Notes: generated by a model not told the origin, from the sequence alone. Counted from the first letter of the whole stretch, positions 37,905 through 50,720 are shown. The stretch is DNA of 63,703 nucleotides, filler included, from Octopus bimaculoides (GCF_001194135.2; 4 parts of 4 records of this genome joined end to end with filler, not necessarily neighbours in it), one strand, 5' to 3'. Numbers and translations are program-made.

Positions 37905-38269
37905 GTATGTAAATGAATACATTTATGAATATGTATATATATGTGTGTAAATTTATAATACATGCATAAATATACATGTATAAATATAGTTACGCCTGTG
38001 CACACTCTCACACACGCACACACGCACGCACACAGACGTACATACGCACACGCACACGCACACGTGCACACAGACACTTATACACACGCACACGCACGCA
38101 CACATACATACACTATGTTATTAAAATCAACTCATCTTTACGAACTGTTTCTCAGAGTTTCATGTCACCGTTCATGAGACAGTTATAACACACGTTAGTT
38201 TGTTGTACTCTGCTCCACCTTTGGTAGTCGAGTATTATTTTTCCACCTTAGTTCACATCTATCTGCTTA

Positions 38270-39827
38270 CTTGTGCATGTATGGTGGTTGTCTACTCCTT
38301 ATGCAGAGTCTGACCACCTCCTGTAACCACACCTTAGATCCATCATGGCGTCTGATGTAGCTTTTTTAAATCAGACAATGTATTGCAAAGATACCCACAT
38401 AGATTGCATATCCGATTTGGACCACCAAGAGCTGCAGTTAAGTTCTGATCTCTGTGAATATTAAAATGTTTTTTTGAGACCTTCGTTTGATTTGCAGACC
38501 TTATGGCATACATGGCATTGAAAGATGTGCAGAGAAATATGGGTAGAATAGTGGGTGGAGGTTCGTTTTTCATTGGTCCGTAAATGAGATTTGAGACCGG
38601 TAAAAGAAAGGCATGGTCTGTCACAAACTGTGCACACAAAAAGGTCATTGTGATTCGTTTTCTAGATCGTAACATTCTTCTTTAAATCTCCTTTGAGTCT
38701 TGCATGCGTTATCCTGGCCTCTTCAAATGCTTTCACTCCACTCCACACTTTTGTTCGTCATCCAGGGTTTCTGTGTCCTCTGGATCCATTCCAAGTGACT
38801 TCATGGTAGTCCTTATACCATCTTTAAGCCACTTTTTAGGTTTACACCGATAGCCTTTACCCTCTGCAAGCTCACCATAAAACAGCTGTTTGTGTATGCG
38901 TTCATCTGCCATTCGAACAATATGGCCAGACCATCTCATTTGGTTTTCAGAATCATTGCTTCATTTGAAGTGATGTCTACAGATGCAAGGACATCTGTGT
39001 TGGAGTAAAAGAACTCCATTAAATGTTTAAAATGCGATGAAGGCATTTTTGGCGGAATTGTCCTAACAATTTGAAATGTCTTTCATAACATGTCCATATT
39101 TCAGAAGCATACAACAGGTATGGTAAGACAAACGATTTGTAAAGAGCCAATTTTATGTTGTTACTTACATGTTGTTGGCGCCAAACACGTGACTCCACAC
39201 CACCAAATGCTTGTGCTACCCTTTGAATTCGCAGATGTATTTTTGTGTCCAGATTTCCATCATTTTGTACAGAGCTTCCAAGGTAGTTGAAAGAATCAAC
39301 AACCCCAAGTAACTTACTCTTAACAAAAATTTTAGCGGGGTTGCAAACAGCACCACATGCAGGTTGATACATTACAACTGTTTTTTTTTTCAAGTTGATG
39401 GTCAAGCCAAAATCATCACAAGCTGGGTCAAATGCAGATATAAGAGATTGCAGACCTGCTTCAGAGTGACTGACTAGATCGCAATCGTCAGTGTATAAGA
39501 GTTCCCTAATGGGTGAAGTAAAAAACCTTCGTTTTGAATTTCAGTATGGTCAGATTAAAAAACATCTCCCTGTTGTTCGATATATTTTAAATATATAAAT
39601 TTGTCACTGTTGGGAGAACTGAGAAAGTGCTTCAAGACTGGATTGATGCCACTTTAGTCTCCTTGAATAAATCGGGGCCAAAGGATCTATGTGGTAATTT
39701 TTGTGGGACTTCGCTTTTGTCTGTGGCTGGAAAGGTACTTGCCCACATTCTGTTAGAACGCTTAAATTCCTTCTTAGTTCCAAATATGGTGTCTGACTCT
39801 CAATGTGGCTTTCGCTCCTGCAGGGAG
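38270..39827 (-). mobile_element. RTE-clade LINE pseudogene, 5'-truncated, with inverted 5' piece (39604-39827 on +) and three C-terminal C2H2 fingers
   Basis: Minus: IRELLYTDDCDLV (RT YADD), FNYLGS, LLYASEIW, RWSGHIVRMADERIHKQLFYGEL. Plus: QDWIDATLVSL...GTSLLSVAGKVLAHILLERL...SQCGFR. Confidence 0.92.
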
Positions 39828-39830
39828 CGA

Positions 39831-39889
<59 letters not shown>

Positions 39890-40191
39890 CTTGTGTATGT
39901 GTATGTGCGTGTGTGTGTGTGTGTATGTGTGTGCGTGTGCGTNNNNNNNNNNNNNNNNNNNNNNNNNNNNNNNNNNNNNNNNNNNNNNNNNNNNGTGTCT
40001 GAATGCGGGTAGGTATGAATTTGTATGAGTGTACATTCATACATACATATACTATACAAGTGCGCTGATATAAACCACAACCAAAAACTGATGGTGAGTA
40101 AAAGTCCCTTCATGCCACCTTCAAAATGATTACTCTTGTGGCACAAAATACGAACTTATTATTATTATTATTATTATTATTATTGTTCTTG

Positions 40192-40258
<67 letters not shown>

Positions 40259-41113
40259 NNNNNNNNNNNNNNNNNNNNNNNNNNNNNNNNNNNNNNNNNN
40301 NNNNNNNNNNNNNNTTTTTTTTTTTTTTTCATCCTCCTAATAACGCGCAATATATTCATCGCTGCAAAAACTCAGCTCAGTGAACATTTTAAGTTAATCG
40401 ACTTTACACACGTATGTAATCAATACAAATAAAAAAAAATAATAAAAAAACAAGCCTCTGCACACACACTCACGTACACACACACACATGCACATGAGCA
40501 TTCACGAACGCTCTTAGCCACAAACACACACAGGAATAGTAAATTTAGTTTCCACTTCTAATAGGTTTTGGTGTTGTAGCTTAGGTCTTTTTTTTTTTTT
40601 TTTTTTTTTTCAAGCTTTCAACTTAGATTTCTACAAAATGTTATACTTCTCTGAAAGTGCATAGTGAAGCGCCTAGATAAACAAGTAGATGTCTGTCTAT
40701 CTAATGTAATAAAACCGCGGGGACAGAGACAGACTGAAGAAAGTGGAATGCATTTATTTGTTCTATGCTCGACACGCTACATTTCAGTGAACCGAAATGC
40801 ACTGGCATATGGTAATCTCATTGAAATTTCTCGAAAAATCTGTCGGTTATTTACTGCTGTACACACAGAGGTTGTCGTATTTACTTAACCACACACGCAA
40901 ACAGACAGAGACACACAAACATGTGCGCACACTTCAAACTTGGACGCATGGAGTGTATCGATGATTTTTGCTGGAAAGGGAATGAGGAAGAGAGAAATAT
41001 ACAGAATTTAGGGGTAGAAAGATACTGAAAGATAGAGGGAGATGGGGGGAGAGAGAGGAGGCAGACAGACAGACAGACAGGCAGGCAGGCTGACTGACAG
41101 GTAGATAGATAGT

Positions 41114-41161
<48 letters not shown>

Positions 41162-42615
41162 CAGGAAGGTGGGTTAGATTAACGTCTAAAAAGAGACATT
41201 GAGAGACAATGAGACACAAATGGATATTTGGAAAACTCAAGGCAAATAGGCCAATAAAAAACATGGATATTACTACAGAAATAAGTGTGTGTGTGTGTGT
41301 GTGTGTGTGTCTGTGTGTGTGCATTTGTATCTAGTGAGTATTTCTGTTAGTGTGCTCATGTCTTATGTTGCGCGTATGTGCCTTCTAAGTGAGTGCGTTT
41401 GTGAATTTGTCTGTTCGTGTTTAACATGAGGTCAGCTTTGAAGAAATTTATCTATGATAATATACATTCCAACCATAAGCATCCATTTTTTTTAGACACT
41501 GTGTTTCTCCTCGTATACAAAACCCAGCGCACCATATCGTTACTAAGGCCGTTGTGTCACCTAACGAAGATTCGGTTACTATATCTACCAGATCCAGTAC
41601 CAAACCGTAGGCCAGTTATCTTCAACTTTCTCCAATCCACAACACCCTGTATAAAGGATTAAAAGTGTTATGGCAGACCATCAGATTTTTCAAATGTTTT
41701 CTTATATAAAACAATTTTAATTTTAAAATATTGATATTGAAACTGTTTTCGATCAGAGATGGGTGAACGCATTGTCTTTTATTGGAAGGAATACATCTGC
41801 ATCGGCGTGGTTAGGCTGGAAGCAGACCTCGAATAGAGAGGGCTTACTATTGATATGGTTGCGAATGGTGGCGAAAGGATTTTGGCTGATTGATGATTGA
41901 CCGAACGATAAATCAAACCATCGATTAGTAAATTGGCTAAATGTTAAGGAACTGATATTAATAAAAGAAGTAAAATAGAGCCAATACATTTTTAAAATAA
42001 AAATCATTCTATCTAAAAAAAAAGACATCAAAAATACGGTTCCCTGCACTCGTTTGAGAAACCTGGCTGGAAATAGAGAACAGAAAACAACTGGTTATTA
42101 TTCTGGTTGTGGCATGAGATGGAAATATTGATGCTATTCAATGAAAACAGACAATTGCGACTTCCACTATGTCGGCAATGTAGGATTTTGATTAGCTAAA
42201 ATGTCATAATTTAAAGCTTGTAATTTTTTTTTTTTTTTTTGTTATCAATGTCACCGAACTGAACTTGAGGCAAACTAAACGGGACAACGTGGATATTATT
42301 CCTTGTTTACAGAGCTCTTTCGATGTATTGCCAGTCGTAAGGACATAGGCTACACAGATGGAGTCTGAACATATATACCACAGAACTGTTATCAAGATGG
42401 AACGGAACTTCTTGCATCACTGTACGTTTGCGTGTAAATGTGTTCGTGTATGAGCGTGAGATATTTGCATACTTTCTGAATTGTGTGTGAATGGTTTTGT
42501 TGATTCCATAATTCATGTTGTTGTTATTTTATTTATTTAATTAAAATTTTACCAGGTCTTGTAAGATACACTCTGCCATGTTTTCTTCTCTTTCTCTCTT
42601 AGACACTTGCATGCA

Positions 42616-42655
<40 letters not shown>

Positions 42656-43182
42656 ATTTCCTTCTCTCTCTCTTTCCCTCCTCCTTTCTCCTTATATGTC
42701 TGTACATGTGCGTGCGTGCACTTGTGTGCTTGTGTGTGTATGTGTGTGTGTGTGTGTGTTTGTGTTTGTGTATGTCTGTGTTCGTGCGTGCCTGATTATT
42801 TTTCTGTTAATCTTAGATTCTCAGACCCTTCTTTTTCTTTCTTTAATAAAGTGAAGGACCATGGCAACAAATGAAATATAGCGACGTCAGAAATCTAGGG
42901 ACCCTAAATTTTATACTTATTATTTNNNNNNNNNNNNNNNNNNNNNNNNNNNNNNNNNNNNNNNNNNNNNNNNNNNNNNNNNNNNNNNNNNNNNNNNNNN
43001 NNNNNNNNNNNNNNNNNNNNNNNNNNNNNNNNNNNNNNNNNNNNNNNNNNNNNNNNNNNNNNNNNNNNNNNNNNNNNNNNNNNNNNNNNNNNNNNNNNNN
43101 NNNNNNNNNNNNNNNNNNNNNNNNNNNNNNNNNNNNNNNNNNNNNNNNNNNNNNNNNNNNNNNNNNNNNNNNNNNNNNNNNN

Positions 43183-43447
43183 ACGTAGTTCTGGGGGATA
43201 TTCAGCATGACACAGTGTGACAAGGCTGACCCTTTGAAATACAGGCACAACAGAAACAGAAAGTAAGAGTGAGAGAAAGTTGTGGTGAAAGAGTACAGCA
43301 GGGTTCGCCACCATCCCCTGCCGGAGCCTCGTGGAGCTTTAGGTGTTTTCGCTCAATAAACACTCACAACGCCCGGTCTAGGAATCGAAACCGCGATCCT
43401 ATGACCGCGAGTCCGCTGCCCTAACCACTGGGCCATTGCGCCTCCAC
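43183..43447 (-). mobile_element. Family C SINE (3' end in a gap)
   Basis: Near-identical to 28790-29136. Confidence 0.9.
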
Positions 43448-43677
43448 AGTAATGTCTTTATAACTTCAATATAAAACAAAATCTATTTTACCCCATCTTC
43501 TGTATCCAACTGCTATCTTCTCCACTTTGTTTTGCACCGAAATGCTCACATGTATGTTCTCTTCTGTTTTTCATCATTTGAATTGTTCCTCCGAGAAAAG
43601 GATTGGTTTTAATAAAAGCACAAAGCTTCATCTTTGAGATTTCGGGATATACGGAAGTACGTTGTACGCATGTATGT

Positions 43678-43791
43678 AAGTCTGGGTACATGGAGATTAA
43701 CACATACTTTAAGAAATTATTATTTCTTATATTTGATTGTTTATGCTATGATTTTATTTACTCCATGTACCCAGACTTTTTGGACACCCTA
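43678..43791. mobile_element. Tc1/mariner-type MITE remnant
   Basis: Perfect 18-bp inverted repeat AAGTCTGGGTACATGGAG (43678-43695) and CTCCATGTACCCAGACTT (43761-43778); right end TTTGGACACCCTA(TA). Confidence 0.65.
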
Positions 43792-43804
43792 TATATACAC
43801 ACAC

Positions 43805-43844
<40 letters not shown>

Positions 43845-44403
43845 NNNNNNNNNNNNNNNNNNNNNNNNNNNNNNNNNNNNNNNNNNNNNNNNNNNNNNNN
43901 NNNNNNNNNNNNNNNNNNNNNNNNNNNNNNNNNNNNNNNNNNNNNNNNNNNNNNNNNNNNNNNNNNNNNNNNNNNNNNNNNNNNNNNNNNNNNNNNNNNN
44001 NNNNNNNNNNNNNNNNNNNNNNNNNNNNNNNNNNNNNNNNNNNNNNNNNNNNNNNNNNNNNNNNNNNNNNNNNNNNNNNNNNNNNNNNNNNNNNNNNNNN
44101 NNNNNNNNNNNNNNNNNNNNNNNNNNNNNNNNNNNNNNNNNNNNNNNNNNNNNNNNNNNNNNNNNNNNNNNNNNNNNNNNNNNNNNNNNNNNNNNNNNNN
44201 NNNNNNNNNNNNNNNNNNNNNNNNNNNNNNNNNNNNNNNNNNNNNNNNNNNNNNNNNNNNNNNNNNNNNNNNNNNNNNNNNNNNNNNNNNNNNNNNNNNN
44301 NNNNNNNNNNNNNNNNNNNNNNNNNNNNNNNNNNNNNNNNNNNNNNNNNNNNNNNNNNNNNNNNNNNNNNNNNNNNNNNNNNNNNNNNNNNNNNNNNNNN
44401 NNN

Positions 44404-44455
<52 letters not shown>

Positions 44456-45029
44456 CATATATGTATATATATGTGCGTGTGTATGTGTGTGTGCATTTAC
44501 GTAATGTTCTTTTATGTCCCCCAGCCTAGTGAATCGCCAAATACAATCGATAAAATAACTACCAAACTGAATGCAGTGCTAAAGAAAACAAAGATTAACA
44601 AATGTGAATAGCATAAGTGTGTTTCTAAAGTTTTGTTATTTTTGTAACCATGTTATTTGCTTAACGCTTTCCTTGAGTAAAGCGGTAAGAAGAAAGAAAG
44701 AGACTCTTCGCCATTCTTGCAGTGACATTTATACAACATTTATAGAAAAGTGGTTCCACTCATATTACTTGGCTTTTATAATGGTTCTTGTTTACCTAAT
44801 TATTTTGATATTTCCATGAAGTTCGCTATTTTCTTTTTCCTTTTATTAATTCTTAACACCGTCGTAATATTACTATTACTGTTGCTGTTGCTGTTGTTGT
44901 GGTTGTGGCTGAGGTTGTTGTTGTTATTGTTGCTGTTTTCGATGTTCTTATTCTTAGAAAATTACTATTTTTAAATCTCACAACGTGAGATATTCAAGCA
45001 ACAGTACTTTGTAGTAAAGAGTGTTTGCA

Positions 45030-45256
45030 AACATAACATGGCAGTCCTGGTTCAGGACTAATGTTGCTGTAATTTAGCACCAGGAGACATCGTCTTTAGC
45101 TGGCTATACGATTGTTTTGAGTTGAGTGGGGGTGCTAGATTCCCTTGTTCGAAAATATAAGGACACAGATCGTGTCATATAGCCAGCTAGAGATGATGTC
45201 TCCTGAGGCTAAATTACAGCAATATTAGTCCTAAACCAAGACTGCCATGTTATGTT
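45030..45256. mobile_element. Fold-back element / MITE with 81-bp inverted arms
   Basis: Arms 45030-45110 and 45176-45256, 8 mismatches, 65-nt spacer. Confidence 0.7.
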
Positions 45257-46044
45257 CTTATTCGTGTTTTCATTTAACCCTTGCTTAGCCAACCAGCCAG
45301 CCAGCAAGTAAATTCTTCATTATGCAGATCTATGATAAGAGGTTTATCATCAGTCTATCCATTCGCCTATTCATCTATTCATCTGAGTCGTGACCGCCAC
45401 ATTTGTTTGTCATAAACCCTGCATATTGTGTCTCATGTGCTCTTCCTTTAATCTTCTGTTTAGATGCTATGAAAGATTTAACTGTTATTTCTAGCATGTT
45501 CAGCAAATGTGATACTGGTTGTTTTTCTATGTATGCATGTATGCATGCATGCATGTATATATGTAAGTGTATGTATGTATATATATAAATATATATATAT
45601 ATATATGTGTGTGTGTATGTGTGTGTGTGTATACACATACAAATGTGTATGTATGTATGTATGTATGTATGTATGTATGTACGTATGTATGTATGTATGT
45701 ATAGAGGAGTAAATGTAAGGACAAGCAAGTCGATATACAAAAAATATTAAATACATTTAATACAAAAAAATGTACGTATGTTTACATATAAAAAGGTCCA
45801 ACTTACACAGAATAGAAATGATATCAAGAATGAAAGAGGCTGAATAAGAATTATACGTGTTCAACGGCTGATTCTTGGGACTTGGTGGTCCAAAATAGTG
45901 ATTGTAAATTGATTCCATTATCAGAATTTTACATTTGCGGTGTTGACAGAAAAGAGATTAAAGATGGAATGATTTTGTGGAGAAATACGTTTATTAGAAG
46001 GAAGAGTGGGGAAGTATTTAGTTTACCCCTCTACCTCCACATTT

Positions 46045-46190
46045 ACACATAATGCAGGCTTCCAAATGTTGCTGTTTCTGATTTTCATTGAGTTCATGTG
46101 GAACCCTCTTATCCAACTTTTTCACTTTACCGATTTGAACTAGGTGAGTCGATACTGTTGTTAAATGCGTTCGGTGACACAATACATGTG
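46045..46190 (-). mobile_element. Mariner transposase fragment
   Basis: TVSTHLVQIGKVKKLDKRVPHELNENQKQQHLEAC (WVPHEL region). Confidence 0.8.
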
Positions 46191-46999
46191 AAGCAACATT
46201 GGTGTTGCTTGGTATGATATTAACTCGTTTGCATAGAATATGTGAAGCGTACTTGTGTTGCTTGATGTGAAATGGGTTCATTGATACAGTATGAATGAAA
46301 CGACACTACCGTTGCTTGGTGAGAAATGAATTATTGCCGTAAATTCTAACCACTTTGTCCTGAGGATATGACTGAAGAGGTATAGAAACGTTGATTGACC
46401 TTGAAATTTTATCAGTCTAAACTGAACAGAAGGGAGTAACGAACAAACACGGAAAGTTTTTAATAGATCAAACCTCAAAATACGCGTGTACATGTGTGAG
46501 TGTATATGAGTGTGCGTGTATGTTTCTGGTCCTTTTTAGTTCTTTGAAATCATTTTATTAAAAACGAGTTGGATTCTAACCAAGAAACAAAGCTCTGCCG
46601 TTGCAATTTAGATAACAAATCTAATGATATATCTTGTACTGCAGCAGAATCTAACATAGTTTCTCCTTTTGGTTGAACCATCCACATTTTTCTGGCTATT
46701 ACTGAAATAGTAACAACATCAAATCTACCAATAATTATGGGTTTACGTTAATTGATATTCTGGGTAGAAGAGTTCTTCTCTTTCTGATTAATTTTAAATG
46801 AAATGTTCCCATCTGCCAAGCAGCAAATTTCCAAAGCAGTACGTAATATTTTTTAATTATGTCACAAACTACATCAAGCCCGCTGTGTCTCCATTGCACT
46901 TAGAGTACGTTTTAGTGAGAATTTTATTAAAAAGATTATCTTTGCATTAGTTCTATGAAGAAATACATTTCCGTACACAACGCAAATTGACATTATACA

Positions 47000-47389
47000 G
47001 TTGTTGTTGTTGGCACTCCGTCGCTTACGACGTCGAGGGTTCCAGTTGATCCGATCAACGGAACAGCCTGCTCGTGAAATTAACGTGCAAGTGGCTGAGC
47101 ACTCCACAGACACGTGTACCCTTAACGTAGTTCTCGGGGAGATTCAGCGTGACACAGTGTGACAAGGCTGACCCTTTGAATTATAGGTACAACAGTTACA
47201 GGAAGTAAGAGTGAGAGACAGTTGTGGTGAAAGAGTACAACAGGGTTCGCCACCATCACCTGCCGGAGCCTCGTGAATCTTTAGGTGTTTTCGCTCAATA
47301 AACACTCACAACGCCCGGTCTGGGAATCGAAATCGCGATCCTATGACTGCGAGACCGCTGCCCTAACCACTGGGCCATTGCGCCTCCAC
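47000..47389 (-). mobile_element. Family C SINE, full length with (CAA)n tail
   Basis: Head at 47389; 3' end ...GTAAGCGACGGAGTGCCAACAACAAC. Confidence 0.92.
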
Positions 47390-47525
47390 TGTTACATAGG
47401 TATTTACTCACTAAACCAAGAGCACCAATTTCTATTGGTATACATGTAATTTTGTAATCTGGATAAGAAGCTGATGGCTTCGAAGCAATTGTCCGTAGTC
47501 ATCCACTTTCTCTTTAATTTTCATG
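47390..47525 (-). mobile_element. RLE-type non-LTR C-terminal fragment
   Basis: KEKVDDYGQLLRS.../DYKITCIPIEIGALG, paralogous to 16050-16310. Confidence 0.55.
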
Positions 47526-47538
47526 TGTGATATGTATA

Positions 47539-47706
47539 GGCGCAGGAGTGGGTGTGTGGTAAGTAGCTTTGCTTACCAACCAAATGGTTCCGGGTTCAGT
47601 CCCACTGCGTGGCACCTCGGGCAAGTGTCTTCTACTATAGCCTCTGGTCGACCAAAGCCTTGTGAGCGGATTTGGTAGACGAAAACTGAAAGAAGCCCGT
47701 CGTATA

Positions 47707-47750
<44 letters not shown>

Positions 47751-47955
47751 TCTTCCACCCCCACCATCGCTTGACAACCGATGCTGGTGTGTTTACGTCC
47801 TCGCAACTTAGCAGTTCGGCAAAAGAGGGCGATAAAATAAGTACTAGGCTTACAAGGAATAAGTCCCCGGGGTTTATTTGCTCGACTAAAGACGGTGCTC
47901 CAGCAAGGCCGCAGTCAAATGACTGAAACAAGTAAGAGAGTAAAAGAGAAAAAGA
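47539..47955 (+). mobile_element. Family B SINE, full length with internal (TG)n
   Basis: Head GGCGCAGGAGTGG, CORE-like box, (TG)n at ~47705-47746, 3' half ending AAAGAGTAAAAGAG. Confidence 0.92.
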
Positions 47956-48427
47956 GTATTGCGCACGCGTAAGTACGTATGCATGTATGCTTGTATGCAT
48001 GTAAATATCTTTCCTTTCTTTGATCCGAGATAATCGCAGTTAGTAGAGATGATACATGAAGTGTTGCGCACCTAAAATTCTGCATGGCAATTACAAACAT
48101 TCCTTCGGTATCGGTCTTTCTCAGACAAAAGTGGACAGCCATAATATCACGGATGCATTGTCAGTTTATTAACGTATCTACATATATGTGGTGGGGTGTG
48201 TTTGAATGTATGTATGTATGTTTGTGTAGTAGCACTCTGATGCACACTTACTTGCTCATGCCCCAAGAGATAAAAGTGTCACATTTGTCTGAAACACACG
48301 CGCATGTGCACATACACACATGCACGCTCGCAGAGTATACTCATTGAATTACTTATATGTAGAGATACACATTACTTAAATGCACATATTTCTTAAATGC
48401 ACATACTTCTTAACATCCACACACTCA

Positions 48428-48458
<31 letters not shown>

Positions 48459-48941
48459 TATACACCCTTCTTAACATCCACACACGCTCACTTAATCAAC
48501 AGCTGCTCGTATATTTTTCCTTTGTTTTTTNNNNNNNNNNNNNNNNNNNNNNNNNNNNNNNNNNNNNNNNNNNNNNNNNNNNNNNNNNNNNNNNNNNNNN
48601 NNNNNNNNNNNNNNNNNNNNNNNNNNNNNNNNNNNNNNNNNNNNNNNNNNNNNNNNNNNNNNNNNNNNNNNNNNNNNNNNNNNNNNNNNNNNNNNNNNNN
48701 NNNNNNNNNNNNNNNNNNNNNNNNNNNNNNNNNNNNNNNNNNNNNNNNNNNNNNNNNNNNNNNNNNNNNNNNNNNNNNNNNNNNNNNNNNNNNNNNNNNN
48801 NNNNNNNNNNNNNNNNNNNNNNNGTGTGTGTGTGTGTGTGGATGGATGGATGGTTGTAAAATAGGGTAAGGTGCGCGCGTATATGTTCTAATAGCTTGTG
48901 TAGTGGGCATATAGATATATTTATATATATATGTGTGTGCG

Positions 48942-49007
<66 letters not shown>

Positions 49008-49554
49008 CAGAGAGACAGAGACAGACACAGAGAGAGATAGAGAGAGAGAGACACAGAGAGAGAGAGACAGAGAGAGAGAGACAGAGGGAGAGAGAGACAG
49101 AGAGAGACACAGAGAGAGAGAGAGACAGATAGACATATATATATATATAGTGTATATATGTGTGTGTATGTGTGTATTTAGTATATGGCGCGTGTATATA
49201 ACTGTGCATCTGAAGAGATGGATGAGTGTAGAATATAGCGTGTGGGGGTTGTATTTGATTGAGTGCGTGTGTGTATAATACTCTGATGTGGGTAAATAAA
49301 TGTATGTATGCACGTAGGTATGTATGAATGCATGTATATATGCAAGTACGTATGTATGCCATTATTCAGTGTTATTTCAAGATTTCTTGCCAATAGAGAA
49401 AGAGCCAGTTTCTAACCTAGATCCAAGGCTCCTTCATTGGAATTTCAACAACACCAGCTGGGTATTTTTGTATGTATGTATACGCGTCGATTTGTATGTT
49501 TTGTTTTATGTATGTCTTCTCATACATATAGTTGCAAGTGTAGACATGCATCTT

Positions 49555-49793
49555 AAATGAGAAACGTCTGGAAAGTTTTACAGATTTTTACAGTTCCAGT
49601 GATGGATTGAATATATAGTCTTCAAATCAGCTTTCTCCATTCTGGTTTTGGGAACCCTAATGTCTCAAGATTGGTATTTAAACAAAGGGTTACATATTTC
49701 AGTGCCCCAATAATTACAGATATAAACCTGAAGTTCAAATGTGAATAGAGTAGCTGTAGATTCCTCAATAGTTCAGCGTAGATATTTCCTTTG
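49555..49793 (-). mobile_element. RLE-type non-LTR C-terminal fragment
   Basis: KGNIYAELLRNLQLLYSHLNFRFISVIIGALKYV...IQSITGTVKICKTFQ. Confidence 0.65.
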
Positions 49794-49999
49794 TGTATAT
49801 ATGTATCACATGTGTGTGTATGTATGTAAGTATGTATGTATGTATGCATGTATCTATGTATGTATGTATGTATGTATGTATGCATGGTTGTGTATGATTA
49901 CGTGCACGTTGTCTGGTGTGTACGTGTACAATTATGTTTATAGGGGCATTTAGCAGAGATGTATACATAACAGAGTGTTAGTAAATGCTTTGTGTATGC

Positions 50000-50148
50000 G
50001 CGGAGGCGCTTGGCTTAGTGGTTAGTGTGTTGGACTCATGTTCGTAAGATGGTTTCGATTCCTGGACTGGGCGACGCGTTGTGTTCTTGAGCAAAACACT
50101 TCATTTCACGTGGCTCCAATCCATTCATCTAGCAGAAATGAGTAATCC
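50000..50148 (+). mobile_element. tRNA-derived SINE head with CORE-like box
   Basis: TGGCTTAGTGGTTAG A-box, GGTTTCGATTCC B-box, TTCTTGAGCAAAACACTT. Confidence 0.75.
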
Positions 50149-50169
50149 CGAACACCTCCTTGATTTTCT

Positions 50170-50720
50170 CCACGAGTTCGGCTCCGGTGTTGCAGACCGA
50201 ACAATTGGGCGAGGGGTCTTTCCCACACATAGTAATCCGTTGGATTACTATCATGAGAATTAAGAGGCCAAAAAGTGAGGATGGTTAAAGTTGTAGAAAT
50301 TCCCCTGGCAACTAATTCTGACACTTTTCGAAGTTATGGCGAGGAGTTAAACTCTGCTGCCAAACATATGGCCTTCCAGCAGTAACCCTATCCAGCTAGG
50401 GATTTACCACAGTCTCCAGTACTTCACATTGCCGTCTGAATTGAACCTAAGGCCCTGTTCAAAGAAGTGGGGCAGCATGACTTCCCCTTCAATGGAGACT
50501 CACCCAAAGGCCCTCACAGAGTGGAAAAACTTGGTTTACATGATGTCCTAATTACGTCTTACAGCTTTTACTGGGTTCACTGACCTTTGAGTAGCGGTCA
50601 TGACGCCAGCATTTTGATACCCGATGCGAATCATCTTATTACAGAAATCTTTTTTCCAATATGAAGATGGCATCTGATCCTCCACGTCAGCTAACGTTTC
50701 TTTACAACTTTAATCTTCAT
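50170..50720 (-). mobile_element. DD37D (maT)-like transposase pseudogene, catalytic region
   Basis: Frameshifted GEVMLPHFFEQGLRFNSDG, AGRPYVWQQ, FWPLNSHDSNPTDYYVW. Confidence 0.75.

Noticed and set aside
50000-50075. tRNA-like sequences with A/B boxes (also the heads of families A, B and C)
   Set aside because: Each continues into SINE body sequence and lacks a clean cloverleaf; these are SINE heads, not tRNA genes
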